Translations under genes and position numbers: made by a program
Source of the DNA: Octopus sinensis
Lineage: Eukaryota
DNA: 20,943 nt
Assembly (NCBI RefSeq): GCF_006345805.1
Contig: NW_021824783.1
Coordinates: 1-20,943, forward strand
Reading direction: 5' to 3'
Notes under the pieces: model-generated
The model's input: the letters and a program-made list of their open reading frames with translations, nothing else
What the model was told of the DNA's origin: nothing
The model's database searches: none
Shown here: positions 12,975 to 20,943 of the stretch, piece after piece
Layout: every line of letters starts with the position of its first letter
Position numbering within the stretch: the first letter of the stretch is position 1

Positions 12975-13799
12975 TTGCATAATATATTACTAAATTCATT
13001 AAATAATCTCAACTACCCGGATATGCTAAAATCTAGGGAACTTCTCTTATTGCATAATATATTGCGTAATTCATTACATAATCTCAAGTACCTCCATATA
13101 GTCATGTCTAGAGATGTGCCGAAATTGCAGAATATATTACTAAATTCATTAAATAATCTCAACTACCCGGATATGCTAAAATCTAGGGAACTTCTCTTAT
13201 TGCATAATATATTACGTAATTCATTACATAATCTCAAGTACCTCCATATAGTCATATCTAGAGATGTGCCGAAATTGCAGAATATATTACTAAATTCATT
13301 AAATAATCTCAACTACCCGAATATGCTAAAATCTAGGGACCTTCTCTTATTGCATAATATATTGCGTAATTCATTACATAATCTCAAGTACCTCCATATA
13401 GTCATGTCTAGAGATGTGCCGAAATTGCATAATATATTACGAAATTCATTAAAATATCTCAAGTACCCGGATATGTTAAAATCTAGGGACCTTCTCTTAT
13501 TGCATAATATATTACGTAATTCATTACATAATCTCAAGTACCTGCATATAGTCATATCTAGAGATGTGCCGAAATTGCAGAATATATTACGAAATTCATT
13601 AAAATATCTCAAGTACCCGGATATGCTAAAATCTAGGGACCTTCTCTTATTGCATAATATATTACGTAATTCATTACATAATCTCAAGTACCTCAATATA
13701 GTCATATCTAGAGATGTGCCGAAATTGCAGAATATATTACTAAATTCATTAAATAATCTCAACTACCCGGATATGCTAAAATCTAGGGACTTTCTCTTA
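12975..13799 (+). repeat. Longest clean run of 75-bp monomers (11 x 75 bp, alternating B/A linkers, 150-bp period)
   Basis: Core starts at 12975 and 13800 are 825 bp apart. A linker e.g. 13236-13274 AAGTACCTCCATATAGTCATATCTAGAGATGTGCCGAAA; B linker e.g. 13461-13499 AAGTACCCGGATATGTTAAAATCTAGGGACCTTCTCTTA. Similar runs at 9422-10021 (8 x 75) and 19581-20105 (7 x 75). Confidence 0.95.
13199..13232. promoter_or_regulatory. Three PAR-bZIP/NFIL3/C/EBP-like motifs at 12-bp spacing (representative core); function unproven
   Basis: ATTGCATAAT 13199-13208, ATTACGTAAT 13211-13220 (perfect palindrome), ATTACATAAT 13223-13232. They match RTTAYGTAAY / RTTATGYAA-type consensus on one strand or the other. 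The sequence match is certain; binding is not shown and needs a eukaryotic host. Confidence 0.3.
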
Positions 13800-13875
13800 T
13801 TGCATAATATATTACGTGAATTCATTAAATTATCTCAAGTACCTCCATATAGTCATATCTAGAGATGTCTCGAAA

Positions 13876-14475
13876 TTGCATAATATGTTACGTAATTCAT
13901 TACGTAATCTTAATTGCATAATATATTACGAAATTCATTAAATAATCTCAAGTACCCGGATATGTTAAAATCTAGGGACCTTTTCTTATTGCATAATATA
14001 TTACGTAATTCATTACATAATCTCAACTACCTCCATATAGTCATATCTAGGGATGTCCCCAAATTGCATAATATATTACTAAATTCATTAAATAATCTCA
14101 ATTGCATAATATATTACGTAATTCATTAAATAATCTCAATTGCATAATATATTACGAAATTCATTAAATAATCTCAAGTACACGGATATGCTAAAATCTA
14201 GTGACCTTCTCTTATTGCATAATATAATACGTAATTCATTACATAATCTCAAGTACCAGATATCCTAACATCTAGGAACATTCCCAAATTGCATAATATA
14301 TTACGTAATTTATTGATAATCTCAAGTACCTCAATATACTTACATCTAGGGATGTCCACAAATTGCATAATATATTACGAAATTCATTAGATAATCTCAA
14401 TTGCATAATATATTACGAAATTCATAAAATTATCTCAAGTACCTCCATATAGTCATATCTAGAGATGTCTCGAAA
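13876..14475 (+). repeat. 600-bp higher-order repeat unit (short,B,A,short,short,B,D,C,short,A)
   Basis: Starts at 13876 and 14476 are exactly 600 apart, and module lengths 38+75+75+38+38+75+74+74+38+75 sum to 600. Related copies start at 8070, 10319, 11624 and 15778; partial copies start at 10909, 14476, 16369 and 17676. Confidence 0.9.
14064..14175 (+). repeat. Triplet of cores joined by AA only (linker-less 38-bp monomers); representative copy
   Basis: Core starts 14064, 14102, 14140. The same triplet occurs at 1509-1620 and at about 2530, 8260, 11800, 14660, 16560 and 17860. Confidence 0.95.
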
Positions 14476-14924
14476 TTGCATAATATGTTACGTAATTCAT
14501 TACGTAATCTTAATTGCATAATATATTACGAAATTCATTAAATAATCTCAAGTACCCGGATATGTTAAAATCTAGGGACCTTTTCTTATTGCATAATATA
14601 TTACGTAATTCATTACATAATCTCAACTACCTCCATATAGTCATATCTAGGGATGTCCCCAAATTGCATAATATATTACGTAATTCATTAAATAATCTCA
14701 ATTGCATAATATATTACGTAATTCATTAAATAATCTCAATTGCATAATATATTACGAAATTCATTAAATAATCTCAAGTACACGGATATGCTAAAATCTA
14801 GTGACCTTCTCTTATTGCATAATATAATACGTAATTCATTACATAATCTCAAGTACCAGATATCCTAACATCTAGGAACATTCCCAAATTGCATAATATA
14901 TTACGTAATTCATTACATAATCTC

Positions 14925-17900
14925 AAGACCTCCATATAGTCATATCTAGAGATGTCCCGAAATTGCATAATATATTACGTAATTCATTACCTAATCTTAA
15001 TTGCATAATATATTACGAAATTCATTAAATAATCTCAACTACCCGGATATGCTAAAATCTAGGGAACTTCTCTTATTGCATAATATATTGCGTAATTCAT
15101 TACATAATCTCAAGTACCTCCTTATAGTCATATCTAGATATGTCCCGAAATTGCATAATATATTACGAAATTCATTAAAATATCTCAAGTACCCGGATAT
15201 GCTAAAATCTAGGGACCTTCTCTTATTGCATATTATATTACGTAATTCATTACATAATCTCAAGTACCTCAATATACTTACATCTAGGGATGTCCCCAAA
15301 TTGCATAATATATAACGTAATTCGTTATATAATCTTAATTGCATAATATATTACGAAATTCATTAAATAATCTCAAGTACCTCCATATAGTCATATCTAG
15401 AGATGTCTCGAAATTGCATAATATGTTACGTAATTCATTAAATAATCTCAATTGCATAATATATTACGAAATTCATTAAATAATCTCAAGTACACGGATA
15501 TGCTAAATCTAGTGACCTTCTCTTATTGCATAATATATACGTATTCATTACATAATCTCAAGTACCAGATATCCTAACTCTAGGACATTCCCAAATTGCA
15601 TAATATATTACGTAATTCATTGATAATCTCAAGTACCTCAATATACTTACATCTAGGGATGTCCACAATTGCATAATATATTACGAAATTCATTAGATAA
15701 TCTCAATTGCATATATATACGAAATTCATAAATTATCTCAAGTACTCCATATAGTCATATCTAGAGATGTCTCGAAATTGCATAATATATGTTACGTAAT
15801 TCATTACGTAATCTTAATTCAAAATATATTACGAAATTCATTAAATATCTCAAGTACCCGGATATGTTAAAATCTAGGGACCTTTCTTATTGCATAATAT
15901 ATTACGTAATTCATTACATAATCTCAACTACCTCCATATAGTCATATCTAGGGATGTCTCCCAAATTGCATAATATATTACGTAAATTCATTAAATAATC
16001 TCAATTGCATAATATATACGTAATTCATTGAATAATCTCAATTGCATAATATATTACGAAATTCATTAAATAATCTCAAGTACACGGATATGCTAAAATC
16101 TAGTGACCTTCTCTTATTGCATAATATAATACGTAATTCATTACATAATCTCAAGTACCAGATATATCCTAACATCTAGGAACATTCCCAAATTGCATTA
16201 TTACGTAATTAATTACATAATCTCAAGTACCTCATATACTTACATCTAGGGATGTCCCAAATTGCATAATATATTGAAATTCATTAGATAATCTCAATTG
16301 CATAATATTACGAATTCATAAATTATCTCAGTACACCATCTATAGTCATATCTAGAGATGTCTCGAAATTGCATAATATGTTACTAATTCATTACGTAAT
16401 CTTAATTGCATAATATATTACGAAATTCATTAAATAATCTCAAGTACCACCCGGATATGCTAAAATCTAGGGACCTTTCTATTGCATAATATATTACGTA
16501 ATTCATTACATAATCTCAACTAACTACCTCCATATAGTCATATCTAGGGATGTCCCAAATTGCATAATATATTACGTAATTCATTAAATAATCTCAATTG
16601 CATAATATATTACGTAATTCATTAAATAATCTCAATTGCATAATATATTACGAAATTCATTAAATAATCTCAAGTACCGGATATGCTAAATCTAGTGACC
16701 TTCTCTTATTGCATAATATATTACGTAATTCATTACATAATCTCAAGTACCAGATATCTAACATCTAGGAACATTCCCAATTGCATAATATATTACGTAA
16801 TTCATTACATAATCTCAAGACCTCCATATAGTCATATCTAGAGATGTCCCGAAATTGCATAATATATTACGTAATTCATTACCTAATCTTAATTGCATAA
16901 TATATTACTAAATTCATTAAATAATCTCAACTACCCGGATATGCTAAAATCTAGGGACTTCTCTTATTGCATAATATATTACGTAATTCATTACATAATC
17001 TCAAGTACCTCCTTATAGTCATATCTAGATATGTCCCGAAATTGCATAATATATTACGAAATTCATTAAATATCTCAAGTACCCGATATGCTAAAATCTA
17101 GGGACCTTCTCTTATTGCATATTATATTACGTAATTCATTACATAATCTCAAGTACCTCAATATACTTACATCTAGGGATGTCCCCAAATTGCATAATAT
17201 ATTACGTAATTCGTTATATAATCTTAATTGCATAATATATTACGAAATTCATTAAATAATCTCAAGTACCTCCATATAGTCATATCTAGAGATGTCTCGA
17301 AATTGCATAATATGTTACGTAATTCATTAAATAATCTCAATTGCATAATATATTACGAAATTCATTAAATAATCTCAAGTACACGGATATGCTAAAATCT
17401 AGTGACCTTCTCTTATTGCATAATATAATACGTAATTCATTACATAATCTCAAGTACCAGATATCCTAACATCTAGGAACATTCCCAAATTGCATAATAT
17501 ATTACGTAATTTATTGATAATCTCAAGTACCTCAATATACTTACATCTAGGGATGTCCACAAATTGCATAATATATTACGAAATTCATTACATAATCTCA
17601 ATTGCATAATATATTACGAAATTCATAAATTATCTCAAGTACCTCCATATAGTCATATCTAGAGATGTCTCGAAATTGCATAATATGTTACGTAATCATT
17701 ACGTAATCTAATTGCAAAATTATTACGAAATTCATTAAATAATCTCAAGTCCCCGGATATGTTAAAATCTAGGGACCTTTTCTTATTGCATAATATATTA
17801 CGTAATTCATTACATAATCTCAACTACCTCCATATAGTCATATCTAGGGATGTCCCCAAATTGCATAATATATTACGTAATTCATTAAATAATCTCAATT

Positions 17901-18609
17901 GCATAATATATTACGTAATTCATTAAATAATCTCAATTGCATAATATATTACGAAATTCATTAAATAATCTCAAGTACACGGATATGCTAAAATCTAGTG
18001 ACCTTCTCTTATTGCATAATATAATACGTAATTCATTACATAATCTCAAGTACCAGATATCCTAACATCTAGGAACATTCCCAAATTGCATAATATATTA
18101 CGTAATTCATTACATAATCTCAAGACCTCCATATAGTCATATCTAGAGATGTCCCGAAATTGCATAATATATTACGTAATTCATTACCTAATCTTATTGC
18201 ATAATATATTACGAAATTCATTAAATAATCTCAACTACCCGGATATGCTAAAATCTAGGGAACTTCTCTTATTGCATAATATATTGCGTAATTCATTACA
18301 TAATCTCAAGTACCTCCTTATAGTCATATCTAGATATGTCCCGAAATTGCATAATATATTACGAAATTCATTAAAATATCTCAAGTACCCGGATATGCTA
18401 AAATCTAGGGACCTTCTCTTATTGCATATTATATTACGTAATTCATTACATAATCTCAAGTACCTCAATATACTTACATCTAGGGATGTCCCCAAATTGC
18501 ATAATATATTACGTAATTCGTTATATAATCTTAATTGCATAATATATTACGAAATTCATTAAATAATCTCAAGTACCTCCATATAGTCATATCTAGAGAT
18601 GTCTCGAAA
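14925..18609 (+). repeat. ~1.31-kb higher-order repeat, about 2.4 copies; the first copy carries an extra 600-bp unit
   Basis: The T-less linker AAGACCTCC occurs at 14925, 16817 and 18122 (offsets 1892 and 1305). ORF-track peptides 15039 and 18235 are near-identical. The CATATTATATT core allele appears once per copy. Confidence 0.85.
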
Positions 18610-20060
18610 TTGCATAATATGTTACGTAATTCATTACGTAATCTTAATTGCATAATATATTACGAAATTCATTAAATAATCTCAAGTACACGGATATGTT
18701 AAAATCTAGGGACCTTCTCTTATTGCATAATATATTACGTAATTCATTACCTAATCTTAATTGCATAATATATTACGTAATTCATTAAAATATCTCAAGT
18801 ACCCGGATATGTTAAAATCTAAGGACCTTCTCTTATTGCATAATATATTACGTGAATTCATTACTTAATCTCAAGTACATCCATATAGTCATATCTAGAG
18901 ATGTGCCGAAATTGCAGAATATATTACTAAATTCATTAAATAATCTCAACTACCCGGATATGCTAAAATCTAGGGACTTTCTCTTATTGCATAATATATA
19001 CGTGAATTCATTACTAATCTCAAGTACCTCCTTATAGTCATATCTAGATATGTCCCGAAATTGCATAATATATTACGAAATTCATTAAAATATCTCAACT
19101 ACCCGGATATGCTAAAATCTAGGGACTTTCTCTTATTGCATAATATATTACGTGAATTCATTACTTAATCTCAAGTACCTCCTTATAGTCATATCTAGAT
19201 ATGTCCCGAAATTGCATAATATATTACGAAATTCATTAAAATATCTCAACTACCCGGATATGCTAAAATCTAGGGACTTTCTCTTATGCATAATATATTA
19301 CGTGAATTCATTACTTATCTCAAGTACCTCATATAGTCATATCTAGAGATGTGCCGAAATTGCATAATATATTACTAAATTCATTAAATAATCTCAACTA
19401 CCGGATATGCTAAAATCTAGGGAACTTCTCTTATTGCATAATATAGCGTAATTCATTACATAATCTCAAGTACCTCCATATAGTCATGTCTAGAGATGTG
19501 CCGAAATTGCAGAATATATTACTAAATTCATTAATAATCTCAACTACCCGGATATGCTAAAATCTAGGGAACTTCTCTTATTGCATAATATATTGCGTAA
19601 TTCATTACATAATCTCAAGTACCTCCATATAGTCATATCTAGAGATGTGCCGAAATTGCAGAATATATTACTAAATTCATTAAATAATCTCAACTACCCG
19701 AATATGCTAAAATCTAGGGAACTTCTCTTATTGCATAATATATTGCGTAATTCATTACATAATCTCAAGTACCTCCATATAGTCATGTCTAGAGATGTGC
19801 CGAAATTGCATAATATATTACGAAATTCATTAAAATATCTCAAGTACCCGGATATGTTAAAATCTAGGGACCTTCTCTTATTGCATAATATATTACGTAA
19901 TTCATTACATAATCTCAAGTACCTCCATATAGTCATATCTAGAGATGTGCCGAAATTGCAGAATATATTACGAAATTCATTAAAATATCTCAAGTACCCG
20001 GATATGCTAAAATCTAGGGACCTTCTCTTATTGCATAATATATTACGTAATTCATTACAT
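18610..20060 (+). repeat. Third, non-adjacent copy of the block at ~8667-10140 and ~12220-13690
   Basis: Same module order and rare alleles: AAGTACACGGATATGTT at ~12297 and ~18687, and AAGTACATCC at 8929, 12483 and 18873. Offset from the second copy is 6390 at two markers. Confidence 0.82.
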
Positions 20061-20943
20061 AATCTCAAGTACCTCAATATACTTACATCTAGGGATGTCC
20101 CCAAATTGCATAATATATTACGTAATTCATTAAATAATCTCAATTGCATAATATATTACGTAATTCATTACATAATCTCGAGTACCTCAATATACTTACA
20201 TCTAGGGATGTCCCCAAATTGCATAATATATTACGTAATTCGTTACATAATCTTAATTGCATAATATATTACGAAATTCATTAAATAATCTCAAGTACCT
20301 CCATATAGTCATATCTAGAGATGTCTCGAAATTGCATAATATGTTACGTAATTCATTACGTAATCTTAATTGCATAATATATTACGAAATTCATTAAATA
20401 ATCTCGAGTACCCGGATATGCTAAAATCTAGGGACCTTCTCTTATTGCATAATATATTGCGTAATTCATTACATAATCTCAAGTACCTCCATATAGTCAT
20501 ATCTAGAGATGTGCCGAAATTGCATAATATATTACTAAATTCATTAAATAATCTCAACTACCCGGATATGCTAAAATCTAGGGAACTTCTCTTATTGCAT
20601 AATATATTGCGTAATTCATTACATAATCTCAAGTACCTCAATATAGTCATGTCTAGAGATGTGCCGAAATTGCATAATATATTACGAAATTCATTAAAAT
20701 ATCTCAAGTACCCGGATATGTTAAAATCTAGGGACCTTCTCTTATTGCATAATATATTACGTAATTCATTACATAATCTCAAGTACCTGCATATAGTCAT
20801 ATCTAGAGATGTGCCGAAATTGCATAATATATTACTAAATTCATTAAATAATCTCAACTACCCGGATATGCTAAAATCTAGGGAACTTCTCTTTTTGCAT
20901 AATATATTGCGTAATTCATTACATAATCTCAAGTACCTCCATA

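Larger units (their letters stand above)
7694..14800 (+). repeat. ~3.55-kb tandem segmental duplication within the array (about 7694-11245 and 11246-14800)
   Basis: Matching module order with consistent offsets: 7694/11246, 8070/11624, 8667/12220, 8929/12483 (rare AAGTACATCC allele), 9362/12915 (ORF starts), 10319/13876. The right boundary is approximate. Confidence 0.85.
1..20943. repeat. Complex satellite-type tandem array: 36-bp core plus a 2-bp or 38-39-bp linker (38-bp and ~75-bp monomers, 150-bp dimer); runs off both window ends
   Basis: TTGCATAATATATTACG... recurs every 38 or 74-76 bp from position 8 to the end, with no unique sequence. Spacing checked by hand: core starts 9422, 9497, 9572 (75 bp) and 1509, 1547, 1585 (38 bp). 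Confidence 0.99.

Noticed and set aside
13200-13232. Sigma70 promoter (TTGCAT ... CATAAT)
   Set aside because: The spacing is 21 bp rather than 16-18, and such hexamers are trivial in this composition.
12915-13862. 315-aa ORF (and 9362-10075, 19554-20264, 7472-8056) as protein-coding genes
   Set aside because: They are pure translations of the 150-bp repeat with no unique N- or C-terminus. Starts are GTG/TTG or repeat-internal ATG, no ribosome-binding or promoter context is evident, and ends are set by recurrent frameshift alleles.
19694-20149. Minus-strand ORFs as LRR genes (LRYLRLCNELRNI, TSLDVS)
   Set aside because: The Asn is one position off the LxxLxLxxNxL consensus, Leu/Asn/Ile richness is expected from AT-rich DNA, and the frames end at every AACTAC allele.
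1-20943. True CRISPR array (36-bp repeat, 38-39-bp spacers)
   Set aside because: The spacers are homologous to each other and recur dozens of times, many repeats have no spacer, and there is no leader or cas gene in the window.
1-20943. Transposon, MITE or LTR array
   Set aside because: No transposase or reverse transcriptase ORF, no terminal inverted repeats of useful length, and no unique flanks or clear target duplications.
1-20943. tRNA/rRNA-containing array or telomere repeat
   Set aside because: No cloverleaf A/B-box signature, no rRNA-like conserved sequence, and no short G-rich telomeric unit.
1-20943. Whole array as a concatemer or amplification artefact
   Set aside because: Multiple diverged linker families and nested higher-order repeats with heritable diagnostic alleles indicate an evolved array. 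Exact copy numbers may still be mis-assembled.

Overview
The whole window is one continuous AT-rich (about 30% GC by hand count of one 150-mer) complex tandem-repeat array. It has no unique sequence, so the source organism cannot be identified from it. Roughly 300 modules each begin with a near-invariant 36-bp core (TTGCATAA-TATA-TTACGTAA-TTCA-TTACATAA-TCTC, itself three 12-bp sub-repeats). The core is followed either by just AA (38-bp monomer) or by one of a small family of homologous 38-39-bp linkers (about 75-bp monomer). A-type and B-type linkers mostly alternate, giving a 150-bp dimer. Diagnostic variants show nested higher-order repeats of about 600, 715, 1310, 2730 and 3550 bp, and possibly a period of about 13.5 kb. 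All ORFs in the track are translations of this repeat and are cut by recurrent frameshift or stop alleles, so I call no genes. I found no rRNA, tRNA, transposase, cas gene or true CRISPR array. The best reading is satellite DNA, probably eukaryotic or organellar/viral, though that is inference. Most worth following up: the CRISPR-like constant-core/variable-linker layout, three bZIP-type (D-box/C/EBP) motifs per core at 12-bp spacing, and a 150-bp unit that is stop-free on both strands. I cannot establish a new biological system from sequence alone.
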